The notes beneath the pieces were generated by a model. The model saw only the letters and a list, made by a program, of their open reading frames with translations. It was not told where the DNA came from and ran no database searches. From contig CAVNZM010000002.1 in the NCBI GenBank assembly GCA_963693365.1, positions 15,595,615-15,659,614 of the forward strand: 64,000 nt of DNA, in the 5' to 3' direction. Origin of the DNA: Amoebidium appalachense. Its lineage: Eukaryota > Protista > Ichthyosporea. Below, piece by piece: positions 1 through 14,042 of the stretch (the first letter of the stretch is position 1; each line of letters opens with the position of its first letter). The position numbers and the translations under genes are program-made.

Positions 1-1488
1 AGTGACGGACCGGGGGATGGAGCCTCGGACGTACCTCACAGTCGGTGATGAAGTACAGTCCATCGTTGCCGGTGAGAGAACACACGATGTTGCCACCACG
101 AGTGTAGAGGTAGGAGGGGAATTCATCCTCATCATCGAGGACTGGTGGGCAAGAAGACCCGACTTGGAGGCCATGGAGGGGGAAATCAGGAAGGCTGGGG
201 AGTCGGGCACATAGTGTGTTGAGGCTGAGAACCGATGTAACTCCGTTGTAGTTGACGGCCAGGTTGATGATGCCACGGTGATGAGCAGTGACAATGCCGA
301 GGCCGTGGACTTCGGTCGGGGGGCACGGCTCGAGGGTGGAGAAGTACTCCTTGACGGGGCACACATGGACGTTGGAGGCCGAGTCCCAGCAGGGGTCCAT
401 GGGGAGGGAAGCCGTGGTTGAGACGAGGGCAAAATGCACCTCTTTGCCAGTCTTGGAGCTGGCACGGTGACGACGGGTAAAGGAGCAGCCAGGTTTGTCA
501 CACTGAGTGACAGATGGTTCTCGTGGCAATAAGCACAGTCGAGGGAGCCAGTGGTCACGGTCTTGGCACGGAGTTGGCTGTGATGACGGTTACCCCCTTT
601 ACGTGGGGGGTAGGGTGACCGGGAACGGGGACCGGGGGAACGGGACCGGGAGTAATCACGGTCGACGGAGGGGGATCTATCATTGGGACGACCACGGGGG
701 TGACGGGAGACGGAGCTGTCACGTCGGGGGATCCGGTGACGGAGGTCGTCCTTGGGAAGGACACGGCTTTGCAGGGCACGTGCTGTACGGACGGAGGAGG
801 AAGACCCGGACCCAGAGTCGATGAGACCTTCACGGATCTCTGCAGCTCGGATGTTACTGATGAGGCGGTTGTAGGTGTCGTAGCTGATGTGACGACGGAA
901 GTAATCGGCAATCATGGCCTGGATGTCGGAACAAACCAGCTTAGGGTTCTTCTTGAGGTGGATGAAGAAGTTGTCAACCATGGTCTTGTGGGGGATGGGC
1001 TCATCGAGGATGTGCAGGGTAGTGCACAGACGGCGTGCCATGGTGAGGTAAGCCGTGACGGTCTTGAAGTCCTTGAGTTCACGCTCATGGTAGTCGAGGA
1101 GGATTTGACGAGCACGATCTTCACGTTCAGCCGCATAGGTCATACGGAGGTTGTGGAAAGCTTGGGCAGGTGACACATCATCGTGGATTTGACCAGAGTT
1201 ATACAGCTCATCATTGGAAACGAGTTGAGTAAACATCTGTTCAAGGAAGTTGGAAGCCTCGGTGTAGGCCTCCTCAGTGTCATAGCCATGCCACTCGTTC
1301 TCGTTGGAAGGATCGACCCACTCGGGGGCCTTGATGACGGGCACTAACTTGGCCGCGACTGTGGTACGCAGGTACCAGAAGATGACGGGTTCCCACTCAT
1401 AATAGGTGGGACGTTTGCCGGACTTCTTGTCCGTGGTGTCCTCCCCTTTCCAGGGGGTGAGGTTGAGGTACGCGGGCTTCTCCGACAT
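1..1488 (-). mobile_element. Ty1/copia gag-protease region (frameshifted, runs off window)
   Basis: Manual translation from ATG 1488 (MSEKPAYLNLTPWKGED...) gives a Gag-like ORF, an RS-rich linker, a zinc knuckle (CAYCHENH..TQC) and the copia protease signature CWDSASNVHVCPVKEYF...YVPDSPAFLIS. Frameshifts near ~512 and ~215. Confidence 0.88.
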
Positions 1489-1593
1489 GTTGATTGATCA
1501 GTCAGACGGTGCGCGGGAGAGGAATCAGATCGGTATTCAAATTTGAATAGTTTCGATTGCAGCGAGAAAATGTGTTGCAAGAGCGTGCGAAAA

Positions 1594-1606
1594 TGGGCCT
1601 TTAACC
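1594..1606 (-). other. Primer-binding site of the copia element (half-tRNA type)
   Basis: Minus strand reads ...CAACA|GGTTAAAGGCCCA, resembling the GGTTATGGGCCCA internal tRNA-iMet PBS of Drosophila copia. Confidence 0.6.
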
Positions 1607-2356
1607 TGTTGTTTTGCACGGGTCTAAGGGAGCAGAGTGCACAGACGTGTCATGTAAAACACGATTAACACAATAAAGAGACGGCAATCGGAGTTGTTCA
1701 CGACACATGAAAGTTTTCAAACAACAGCTGACCTTTTATTGTGCTCTCGGGTCTTTTTGTACTTGCAACTTATCATCTTATCTCAACTAAAAGAAGAGAA
1801 CCATCGGTTCTATCAGATGATAGAAAAACACATTCCAACAGAGCATATGCATTCCAACTTCCGACATAACTGAAACTGAGAAACTCTTACTTAAATAATT
1901 TAAGTAATTATTCATCTTGTCACTATTAATACACATATATATTTATACTCGTCTCTATAAAGAAACTCATTTAAATACATATATTTCCTAATAGTCGACA
2001 CTCTAAAAGTGAAGACACGTTACGATAAACCGAATTCCATACATATCTATTGTGTCCAATCATAACACATATATTAATAGACAGGAATGCACAACACGAT
2101 CTATAGATGTACTCCCTCGCGTCTATTGGTGAGTCATCTTATTGTGAACTAAAACTAAGCCACTTTGAACTAAAACAAAGACAATGCATATAGCTAGCCA
2201 ATCACGCTACTTCTCAGATAAACTTGAACAAGATAAAACAGAGGAGAGCAAATACAGATAAAATACAATAAGTTCTATCAGGCAAGAGAGCCAGGTGTGC
2301 ACAGATCTACAGATATCTGTGCACACAGAAACAAGGGAGAGAGAGACTCGGAGATA

Positions 2357-2389
<33 letters not shown>

Positions 2390-2536
2390 GAGAGAGAGAG
2401 AGAAAGAAAAGTGAAAAAGGGAGAGAGGGGAGAGAGCACAAAGAAGGAGAGCAGACACGAATACAAACAAAGCTAAGACACATACATACTTCAAGACTCT
2501 TGCTGTCCTACGTAGACTAAGTGACGTATTCCAACA
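1607..2536 (-). repeat. Putative 5' LTR of the copia element (outer end uncertain)
   Basis: Inner end TGTTG at 1607 abuts the PBS. Outer end is either 1726 (8-bp inverted repeat TGTTGTTT/AAACAACA) or 2536 (minus strand starts TGTTGGAATA). The second LTR lies outside the window. Confidence 0.45.
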
Positions 2537-2922
2537 CCCTCCCCCCCCCCCCCCCCCCTCTCCTCCCAGGGCACGTAGGGCTAGGTCGAACAAAACATGC
2601 ATACTGCAAAGCCCCTCTCCTCCCCCCCCCCGGCCCCACCCCCCACCCCACCCACCCACCCCATGGCAATGTCTCTCTCTCCTCCTCCCCTCACTCTTCT
2701 TCCTTCACCCCCACGCCCCATTCCCCCCTCACCCACCTTCTCTCTTTCCCTCATCGAAAGTTGCTGATTCTGAACGGCATGTCTTGACAATGTCACAAAC
2801 TTCAAGTTTTCAAGTTCCTTGGAATGAACCACTCGCCTTGGATCGTGAATGTACACGAGTCCCCCCCCCCCCCCTGTCCCCCTCCCTCCCTCCCTCCCTC
2901 CCCACCACCACCACCACTACCA

Positions 2923-2974
<52 letters not shown>

Positions 2975-2977
2975 TGG

Positions 2978-3069
<92 letters not shown>

Positions 3070-3551
3070 AACACACACACACACAACGCGCCGGCGCGTG
3101 CACCACGAGCACCAACATCACAACCACCACCACCACCACCACCACCACAAACAAATAGCCATATGACAAACAATCAGCATCACGAATCTTGCAACCAGAC
3201 TGACTGAAAGTCTTTACATATGGGGGCTCTCTCTCCCCATCTCCGATCGAAAGCCAGCCACCCACCTTGGTACTGGTGTGAACCCGCTATGGGGGATTAC
3301 TAAATTCGTCCCCTCATCGAGGGTAACCCCTGAGCGCTAGCAAGGGAATTTTGTGTTTAGAATTAGTCTAAGAATTGGACAGCGGGTGCACTGGAGCTTT
3401 TTGTGTCCATCCATACGCTCGCCCCAGCACCACGTGTGTTTAAGTGTGCATATTTGTCAGCATATTGTGCGCGACAGTGTCTGCGTCCCTGTGAGTGTGT
3501 ATGCGTGCGTTCAATGTGTGCACGTGTGAGTTTTTTTTTTTGGTGGTGGTG

Positions 3552-3582
<31 letters not shown>

Positions 3583-3695
3583 GGGGGGGGAGGCAAGGGG
3601 TGGCTGGATGTCACGTCCGTGCCGTGCAGTGTATGCCCACTTGTGTGTGTGTATGCACGGTGGGTGGGTGGGTGGGTCGTCTGCTTGCTATGGAG

Positions 3696-3732
<37 letters not shown>

Positions 3733-4284
3733 AAGTTCCTCCCCCTAACACTCACGCACACACAACGTTAACCACACACCCCCATCCCATCAATCCCAGC
3801 CATCTGCTCTACTAAGTTCAAGTAAATCAGCACTCGGTATGTATTAAGTAAGTAAGTACTAGTACTTGCTCTGATCTGAATGTCACATGATGTCCGAACA
3901 CCGAGGTTGAGTCGAGGTAATAAATAAATAATGCCCGGGTTCAAACTTAATATCTGTTCATTGCTTTCAGACCATTCTTGTCAGAACCTGCTTGCGCATG
4001 CACTAGCGCTAGCTGCGAATTATCACATCACAAGTTTCACTGATTTACTATAAAACGACTCAGTGCACACTTCAAGCTTGCTTTCCGAGGCTTCCAGGTC
4101 ATGACTTGAAAAACTGTAAACCAGGAGCAAACGTTTGGGGGAGCTCGAGACAGGAGACCGGGGAGGGGAAGAGGGGTGTGGCCGTGTGTGGGGGGTGGAG
4201 AATAGGGGGAGGGGGGGGGGGGGGGCCGGGGGGGGGCCCGGGGGGGGGGGGGGGGGGGGGGGGCAGAGTTGAAGGAGGAGGGCT

Positions 4285-4328
<44 letters not shown>

Positions 4329-5913
4329 GAGAAACGCACATTCTTCCGCATGCAACATACACACCGATATTCAACATACACCTCATATGCAATGTCAACG
4401 GACCGTGCATGTGCAGCATAGGACAGTATCTTCCGTAGCCTACTAAATACTACTGCCACTGTGACAGAAACTCTGCAGCTCTGCAACGTGCAGTACACAG
4501 GCAGGGGCGGCAAGTGGTCACTTTGACAACACCCGTTTTTAGGTGTGCCACGTGTACCCATATATATAGGCTCCTGCTGTGCTCATGCATATAAATCTAA
4601 ATTATTGAACGTGCAAAGCACGCTATAATGCATAGATCTGTTGGTGGCTCTATGATCATTGATCTCTATGATCATTATTCTGAAGTTAAAAAAAAAACAA
4701 AAAAAAACGACATGGAATGGCCATCTGCGAAAGCCACACTGATTGGCCCGAGCATCGCCCAATCACACCACCCACGTAAGGCTCGAGCCTTCCAATTTCA
4801 AAGTAAATAACGGCAAAAGTTACATGTAGAAGGCATCAATTTTTTGAATAATAAATTATTTCTCTAAACGCACATCAGCAAGCGTTACTAAATGCTAAAA
4901 GTTTGTAAATTTCTATGCAAAACTTTCGTTTCAAATTTTGCCGCGTTCCCCCGTTCGGCGAGGGCCGGCCCCCGGCCGGCCGCGGGCGGCGGGCGGCCCG
5001 GCCCCCCATGTTGCATCCCCCTCCGAATCGGGGAGTCTTTCACATATTTACCAGTGCACCACATATATCCCATCACATACTAACAAAATATCTTTCTTCT
5101 AGCTAGTAAGTGCTGTCGCTACATATCAATCATTTACAACACATACTAAACATAAAACAGATAAATAAATAAAAAAAATTCCGTGCCTGAAAGAGTATTC
5201 GACTCCAAATGGCCTGTTTTGTAGGTGGTTTCTTTTTAGATAATGCTTTCCGTGGCTCTAACGGGAGACATACCTACAACGGAGCTGACGCGTCATCAGC
5301 TGTGTGCATTTGATTGGTGTAGATCTTTAAAATATCCATAACCGAACTTCACCAAAGTTCACACATTTGTTTCCACTGTATTACAGTGTAGTCGTTTGAA
5401 TAGACTCCATTAGTATATTATGTAAGCAATAAGTGAAAAATATTAATTCAAAAATACTAATAGCGCTCTAGATTGAGCCGTCAAGCTATTCAGCTGGCCG
5501 TATCGCCAAATTTCGCATTGACACCAGCTGATAAACGCTCCGTCGGATTGGACACCAATCACGACCGTCTATGTGAAGAAAGCACTGGCCGTGGTTCAGC
5601 ACGCCAATTGGATGGCCCTAACGTTTCCTATAGATTATAGCAGAAGCGACCAGACGTTTGCTGCAGAACAGTGACTCTGAGTCTCGCAATAAAGCGGGCA
5701 GAGAAAACCGCACTGCGGTTAGTCATGCCATAGGAAAATCAAAGGGCTTACCACCATAAGCATTTCTAACATGCAAGGGTTGTAACAGGCAAGCCTACAC
5801 TTGTAACTGAATAATACCCAGATATATTCTGCGAATACGTGACGAAATATTGTTCTCCACCAGCATCCTGAAAGCAATGAACTAGGAACTACAATTTTTA
5901 CAAAACGCACAGC

Positions 5914-6390
5914 ATGTTTGAAAAGCCGCTCCTCGTCCAGAAGGTCGAAGGTTTTAAATCCAACAAAAATATGTCTCAATTGGCTTTCTGCTCGCTGATT
6001 ATGCAGCCAGTCGATCCGGTAGTGCGTTGCAGCACACCGGTGTACCTAGCCGAGCCCATGGACGTCAGCAGCCCAAGCAGCCCGCAGGAGGGTTCTACAG
6101 GTCCAAAGCACGTTTCGTTTAATGCAGACATAAGCATTGTTCCTACCTACCCAGCGTTTCATGAAGGTGACGACATGAGCTTTGATGACGAAGTGTGTTC
6201 TGCAAACGGGGAGGAGTACCTCGAGTGTGTGTACGATCGTCGTGGTGATGACAAGGTGAACGAGTGGACTGCTCCCGATAAGCTACAAGGAGTGTGGAAT
6301 GAGATTTATGCCCTACGGTGCGAGCTGTTTCCTAACGGTGTTTATTTCGGTGACCAGCAGCTGAGAAAGTCTGCCTTAGCCTTTTTCTAG
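5914..6390 (+). CDS. Small Phactr/Bni4-like PP1-regulatory protein
   Basis: Intronless 158-aa non-repetitive ORF containing KHVSF (RVxF) - ISIVPTY - YDRR - helix NEIYALRCEL, the same order as the C-terminal PP1-binding module of Phactr/Bni4. Start codon uncertain. Confidence 0.6.
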   Translation: MFEKPLLVQKVEGFKSNKNMSQLAFCSLIMQPVDPVVRCSTPVYLAEPMDVSSPSSPQEGSTGPKHVSFNADISIVPTYPAFHEGDDMSFDDEVCSANGEEYLECVYDRRGDDKVNEWTAPDKLQGVWNEIYALRCELFPNGVYFGDQQLRKSALAFF

Positions 6391-7945
6391 TAATTAGTAG
6401 GTGTATAGCTTGCTGATTAAGCGCTATGCAAATGTTGAAATGCGCGAATGACAACGGGAGGCACGTACCTTGAGCACGACCCGTAAAAGAAACATGAAAA
6501 CTATCCTGTTGTATAGTAAACTCCAATGTGTACTCGTAGCTACGGCGATATTCAAAAACGTATAATAGTCAGTATTTAGGCCATAAAGCTGTTAGTTTAT
6601 CTGCTTTCGTGCTTGTTTTTCTACCTCCAAAAAAAAGGCGCCGTGGCAGTTGTGGCACTGGCTGCCCAATTTTTTTGACTTTAAATATAGATATTTAAAG
6701 ATCTCACGGATACTTATACACAGTCCACCACATCCTGCACTCAAGTCATTTCCCGTGCTTTTTCCTTTCCCCTCCCCTTCTCCCCCTCTTACCTTCCATA
6801 TGTTAAAAGGGGAAAAAAAAGAGGATGAAGGAAGTTAAGGGATGAAGAGTGATGGTTTGGGTCCGTTTGTGGAAAGGATTACGCTTGTAACGGATATTTT
6901 CTTTTGCTGGCAAAAACGTGTGTACTGCACTCAATCCCTCCTCTCTGCACCTGGCAAGCTAAATGTGTGACCGTCCCCGTCAATAAGAATCTATCTTCTT
7001 CTCTTTCCTTGCGAGCCACACGTAATAATATTCATGGGATACAAGCACACACAACCATAACTTCACAAAACCGTACAAGTGCAATCCCACTGAACGAGTT
7101 GATGCGCCACCAGTCACCATTGATCATAACCGGGCTCAAACACATAGCTGGCCTGTGTTGAAGTAGACGATTTTCCTGCCGTTGGACGTAAAGCAACAAA
7201 CAACGTGCAGGCCAGGACAAAGTTTCGTGCACATTCGAGTGCCAAGATAGTCGCAAAAATACTGCAGCTATGGATCTGGTATATGTCGTCTTGCCATGGC
7301 CATGGGCACTTAACCCAGACAAAAGAATTGCTCATCCTGATTTATTAGCAGGCATTCTACGTGCCATATGCATGGGCTAGTTTTTACAGCTTGTTGGCGC
7401 GACTCTCCCTACTTCCCAAATTCCGTGACCAATGCACATGAGTTTGTGTATCAGTCACAGACCAGACATCGTTTACATAGGTGGATCCGGATAGCTTGGC
7501 CCTGGGATCCCTTTCCAGCATGGCCCCTCTTAAGTAGCAGAGCAAGGCTGGCATTAGTAGTAGCCTCCGGTGGGGCAAGCATGTATTTGCTTTGTGTGCG
7601 TGTGTTGCAAGTGTCCGTGCTAATATAGCGTTGCTCTGCAAGCCGCCTACACGTAGCAATAATATACTTGCAGTGTCGTGAGATATTCAGGGACTATCTC
7701 GCATGTGCATAATTCAGCGTTTTACAACCAAAAAAAAAAAGACAAGAAACAAGAACACCCTGTGATCATGTTTATGTCTGCTTTCTCGCTTTCTGAATAC
7801 CAACTGACTATCGAACCCGAAAACTAATGAATCCCCTTGATAATCATGGTTTGCTTTTATCTTTTATGGCGGGCTGTGTGTGTGACACAAGCGGTGCGTG
7901 TCTGTGTGTTTGGGATGGGGTAGGGTGGGGTAGGTGGGTGGAGGC

Positions 7946-8375
7946 CCCAACCACATCGGCAGAGCCAACTTGCTTCGAGGAGAATCATTCTGCAAAATTT
8001 AAGAGCAGAGTTATTCTGCTAAAAGCAGAAATATACTGCTGAGTTCAGAATTATTCAGCAAAAGCAGAATTATTTGGCGTGGCATAAAAGCAGAAGTATT
8101 CGATAAACAGAAGAACTATTCTGCGAAAGCAGAATCATTCTGCTAAAAAAATTAATTATTCTGCCAGTGAGGCAAGTTTATCCTGCTGCCGGGAGCAGAA
8201 TGATTCTGTTTTGTGCGGACTAATTCTGCTAAAAGAAGAATAAATCTGCTAAAAGCAGAGTGAGTGTGCTAAAAGCAGAATGATTCTGGTTTTTGCAGAG
8301 TGACTTAGCAGAATCATCCTGCTTTACGCAGAATAATTCTGCTCGGAGCAAGTTGACTCTGCCGATATGGTTGGG
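7946..8375. mobile_element. MITE, CACTA/EnSpm-like, copy 1
   Basis: ~29-bp TIRs CCCAACCA(C/T)ATCGGCAGAG(C/T)CAACTTGCT; interior made of AAAAGCAGAAT/ATTCTGC subrepeats in both orientations. Confidence 0.8.
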
Positions 8376-8518
8376 TCCTTGGGTGGGTTGGGTGTCACAA
8401 GCCTTAGTGTGTGCGTGCGTGCGTGAGTGTGTGCGTGTGTGTGTGCATGCATGTGTGCGTACGTGCGTGCGTGGTGTGTGTGTGCGTGTGCGTGTGTGTG
8501 TGTGCGCGCGCGCGCGTT

Positions 8519-8581
<63 letters not shown>

Positions 8582-9045
8582 GAGGGGGAGGGGAACTGAG
8601 CATCTGGCGCCGTATGATGTAGCAAGCCAAGTGAAGCCGCATATTCATGCAATTCAGCTGCAAATATTCCTGAATAAATTGGAATACCGTACCAAAAAGG
8701 ATTCAATATGCTATGCTTTTGAGTCCGAGAGTGGGTGAGGGTGTTTGCGCAACCTCTCTCTCTCTCTCTCTCTCTTTCTCTCCCCCCCCCCCCCCCCCCC
8801 CCCTCTCTCTCTCCATTCTGTGTGTGTTTGGGGGGGGGGGGGGGGGGGGGGGGAGGTGGGGGGCTTAGGTACCCGGTGGGTCATGACCAAATAAGTCACT
8901 GTGACCTTGCGTCTGATTGGACAAAACACGGTCCGATGACGTATAATCAGGGCCGGGGGTAATGATTCGATGCCCGAGCAACTGATATGCCGGTAATTAA
9001 AAAAGAGGGGCCGTCAGACCCTACGGTAGCTGTATAGTGCCCCCC

Positions 9046-9093
<48 letters not shown>

Positions 9094-10279
9094 AAAAAAA
9101 AAAAAAAAAAACTTGAAAAACACATGTTAAGTACAGGGTTCACACACACATATTGTGATGGTTATATCGTTAATTAAAGTTTTCATGTTTTTATTTTGAT
9201 GGTACATGTTATTAAATACTGTGCTTTTTTGGTAGTTTATGTAAGCGATCTCCCTATACCTACGTAAACTGCGGAGGCTTCCGTCGTATACCGACCTATC
9301 TCTGTGGGGGCATGTGTGCGCGTGCCTCGTGGCAATCGTACATCTATGGAATCCCCCCCCCCCCCCCCCCCCCTTATGCGTAGTGTGTCTGGGCAATATG
9401 ATGTATGGGGTGGTCATAACAGGTACTTTGATGATAACTGTGGCAATCGCGTGTGCACGTGCACAAGCGGTTTTTTCGCTAACGTGACCGCAATACAAAG
9501 CCCTGTCATACTACTAAAATAGTTGACTCTCACGCTTCATTCTTACAGCTTAGATGTAATTGAGACGTGCACGCAACTTTTGCCTGTGTGTAGGTGAACT
9601 TGTACTACGGGTGTGTGCATGTACACTGTTTGCGTGCGTGCTTGGGCATGCCTTCGGAGAGAGAGGGGGGGGGGGGGGGAGGGGAGGGGGGGGGAGGGCC
9701 CGGGAGGGGTGGGGGGGTTTAGGGTAGGTGGGTGGGTGGAGGGGAGGGGGGTAGAAGGAGGGAGGGACCGGGTTTGAATACAGAGTGCCGTGAAACCACA
9801 CATAAAGAGTATGCATAGTATTAATTGTACGCAGAGCCCACTCTCTCTCTCACTCTTCTTTTTTTCAAGCGCTTTTCCTTGAGGAAAAAAGTGCCAGCTC
9901 AAAAAAGGTCGCTAGAATCATGCACAAGTGCATTTATTGGGTATTACGTTATGTGTATATGTGACTCAGATTATTGTTTTGCCAGGCAATACACACTCCC
10001 GCATATCTGGTATAATAATGATAATAAATGGTTATCTATGTACATCGCCATCCTTGCATGCACAGTTACCAATACGGCAACCTAAACCTAAGCCGCATGC
10101 AACTTCCCAACTGCGCCACCTGTCATAACCCGCACATTCTAACCATATATGGTTATTTTAATCATCATAACTTATGCATACACAGAAATGCTACACTGTC
10201 ATTTAAGGCTTGTTTTGCCCAAATTGCAGCATTACACCTAGTACCAAAAATAGCATTTCCAAATATGGGAATTCTATTT

Positions 10280-11130
10280 TTAGCAGTTCTTGACCTCCTC
10301 CAGCTCGACCAGTACACCGCCGCAGTCCTTCGGGTGGAGGAACACCACCGGGTTACCGTGCGCACCTGAGGGCACAAAGATAAGTACTAATTGCACAGCA
10401 CATGCACACAGCACTAATGGCACAGCACATGCACGCAGTACTGATTGCACAGGACATATGCACACAGTACTTGTGTAGTTCAATGGAAAGAAAAAGGGTT
10501 ACATGGTGCACAATGCGGGCAGTGTTTTTGCACACGGTACTTACTTAAATGTGTAGTTGTATATGTGATGTGGGTAGAAACTGCACATTGACATCGTACT
10601 TGAAGCATATGCACGCAGAAGTGTATGCATGTCCGTGTGCAAGTGCATGATTACTGTCCCCCCCCCCCCCCCCCCCCCCCCCCTTTCCCGCCCTCTCCAA
10701 AAAAAATGGGGGAAAAGAGGGGGGGGGGGGGCAATGCATGCATGCAATATCTGACATGCACGCAGGAATGTGTGTCACAGTGCTGGATTTGTACTTGGTT
10801 GCACGGTGCGCACACCCATAAAAACATATCAACTTGCAAACACACGTAGTCGCACACAGTATCCATAAGGATACATCGCCAGCACACACACACAAACACA
10901 CACACAGAACACACACACCCCGAGTCCCAGGCACTCTCCGTGCACAAACAACTGCACACATGAATACACTAACAGCATTCCAGCATGTCAAGCGCGTGCA
11001 GACACACCCACACCCACAGAGACAAAGCTAGTGCATGCGTCTTTGTACACGTACAGCCTTAATCCTCATTGTGCACGTGGCTATTGAAGCCCCCCCCCTC
11101 CCCCCCCCTTCTCATCTCCAAACAAACAAG

Positions 11131-11164
<34 letters not shown>

Positions 11165-11180
11165 AAAAGAAAGAAAGAAA

Positions 11181-11220
<40 letters not shown>

Positions 11221-11766
11221 AAGAAAAAAGACGAATCAGAAAACAGACAGACAAAAACCCCTACCGATCTTGGGCTCCTTAGCCAGCAGGCGGATGTTCT
11301 TCTCCTTCAGGTCGTTCATGGACTTGTGGATGTCGTTGGTCTAAAGAGCCAATCAGAAGGGTCAATTTTTGCTCACTCTGAGTCACTCAGGCACTGATAT
11401 CGTGATGGTTGTTAGGCTTAAAGACACTACCAAAGAGGGAGAGGTGGGATGACAAACAGATAGGGAGATTGTTGGAGAGTTACAGTGGGCAGTGTGTGTG
11501 TGTGAGTGTGTTGGGTACTTGGGTGTTGGTTTCTTTTTCTTTCCTTCGTTCTTTTTTTTTGTGGTGGTGGTGGTGGTGGCGGTGTGGGTGTGTGTGGGTG
11601 TGTGTGTGTGTGTGTGTCTGGGGGGGGGGGGGGGGGGGGGGGAGGGAAAGAAACAAAGAAGGAAAGAAAGGGAGGGAAGCAACCCTACAGGCACCGACCA
11701 TGTCTGGGCTCGCAACCGCCACCCCCTAGATACATAGGTGCTTTTGCGTGCTCGTGTACTGGTTTT

Positions 11767-11803
<37 letters not shown>

Positions 11804-12234
11804 CCCACCCACACACACACACACACACCTGTACACCCTATATAGAGTCACATCCCGCGTCCGACACACCCATCATCTGACCAAAACCCTGCATGAGCCC
11901 CCTTGTGTGTAGCCAAGCATCCCCCCCTCCCCCCTTCTCTCCTCCATGCCTTAGGGGTGTGTGTGTTGTTGGGGGGGGGGGGGGGGGATCCCCACTCACT
12001 AATCTGAAAACCTTTTTACCAGAAACCATGCGGTTTCACCTACAAAAATCGCGTGTGTGGACAACGTGAAAATAATCAGCCGCAGCCTTCACGCACATGC
12101 ACACATGCACACGCACACACAAGAGAACGAGAAACAGAGAGTGAGACAGAGGGAGAGGGTGGGGGGAACGGGTTAGACCTCGTTATAGAGTAGGAACACA
12201 CACATTCAGAACGGACAACACAATGCAGAAGAGG

Positions 12235-12265
<31 letters not shown>

Positions 12266-13710
12266 ACGTGAGAAGTGCACGGAAGAGACAAAAAGTGCCC
12301 ATGTACGCACACCACACAGTATTGCACGTGTTTTCCCGCACCAGCCAAGCACGTGCTTAGTCACGTGACTAACCTCCAGGCACACGTGGTGGATGCCGCC
12401 CTCTGGGTTCTTCTTCAGAAAGTTCTCGATGGGGCTCTTGTCGCCGAACGGGTGGATGAGCTCGATCTTGGCACCAATGCCCATCTCCACGAACACGGTG
12501 TACACTCCGTGCTCGGGCTGGGGCTGCAACGTGTACGTGTGTGTGTGTGGGGGGGGGGGGGGGGGGGGAGGGGGTGAATGCCTTAATGTATGTGAAGGTG
12601 TGTGTGTATGGGTTTGTATGTGCTCATGTGTTTTTATTGGACGATTGCAAAGGCATGTGTATGCATGTGCGCTTGTGTGTACGTGCATGTGTGGTGAGTG
12701 TGTGAGTGTGTGAGTGTGAGTGTGTGTCTGTCTGTCTGAGTGCAACATGTGCAAATCACATGCATGTTGAGAATGGATGTGGGGCAAATAGCGGGCTCCA
12801 ATATTGGGACAAACAAACCACCCCCTTCCGCCGAAAATGTACCCCCCCTCCCCCCCCCGCACACACACAAACCCCCAAACATAATTTCTCAAAAACACCC
12901 ACCCCTCGACTCCGTTTGCCGGTTAAGACCCCTTTACCCCCCCCCCCCCCCCCCCTCCCAAACACACACACACACACATTATTCTTCAGACCTCCTTTCT
13001 CCGTGATTGCAAAAAAGCACACACCCACACAGACCCCAACACTCAAAAACACACACATGAAACATGGCAGAAGGGAGAAAGTATATTTGTAAGTGGTGAA
13101 TGAATGAGTGTAATGACTCTCCTGCTCCCTCCCCGCCCCCCTCCCCCCGCCCCCCCCTCACCACGACAACCCCCCCCCCCCCCAAACACCCGTACGCTCT
13201 AATAAACACTTGTCCATAGCATATTCACCTTAGACTATGCGGGTGTTTGTGCGTGAAGTACGTGATAATGTGCATGCGGCATGTCCCCCGCCGGGGAGGC
13301 TCCCCCCCTCCCCCTCCCCCATACCAACCTGCATGCCACTCATTTCGACGACCACACCAAGCACAAAGGCACAGACACATGCACCATACACACACACACA
13401 CACCGCATCCCATCACACACCACATACCAGCCCCATTCCACACACGCATACATACCACGGGCTCGGAGACCTTAGCGCCCAGCACATCCCTGTAGAGGCT
13501 CATGGACTTGGGCAGGTCGGGCACCGCAATGGCCACATGGTTGAGCTTGCCCAGCTTCCACAGCTTCTGTGGCACTGTGGCCTGGGGGGGGGGGGGGGGG
13601 GGGGGGAAGGGGGAGGGGTTAGAAGTGGTGTACTTGATAAAGAAGGGAGTGATACTGATACAAGAATATAATATAGCACCTGTTGGGAAGTGTGTGTGTG
13701 CTGCGTGTGT

Positions 13711-13741
<31 letters not shown>

Positions 13742-14010
13742 GGGAGGAGGAGGGGTAGAATGCAAAACATTGGTATGAGTCCAATAATTACACAATGAGA
13801 GGAGGGATGCACCAAACATGCACAAGCAAAAAATGGAAGTAAGCAAACAGTAGTAACACGTGGTACTCAACGTATGCAGAACCATCCTCATGGGGGGGGG
13901 GGGGGGGGGGGGGGGGGGTGGGTGTGTGGGTGGGGGGAGGTTAGAGTAAGACACACATAATGAACTCACGAGAGAAACCCTAAAACATGTTGAGAAAGGT
14001 GTGTGTGTGC

Positions 14011-14042
<32 letters not shown>

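Noticed and set aside
505-520. Programmed gag-pol frameshift in the copia element
   Set aside because: The shift falls inside the zinc knuckle and a second one lies in the protease, so decay or assembly indels are more likely.
2572-2583. CACGTAGGGCTA (also CACGTAGG at 44969) matching the Replitron terminal word
   Set aside because: Isolated short matches with no adjacent element homology; at most unused target sites.
4961-5006. GC-rich quasi-palindrome in AT-rich DNA
   Set aside because: No TIR/TSD boundaries or second copy found in the window.
7032-7322. GHGKTT P-loop-like word
   Set aside because: Spacing does not fit [AG]x4GK[ST], there is no downstream NTPase context, and the ORF is short.
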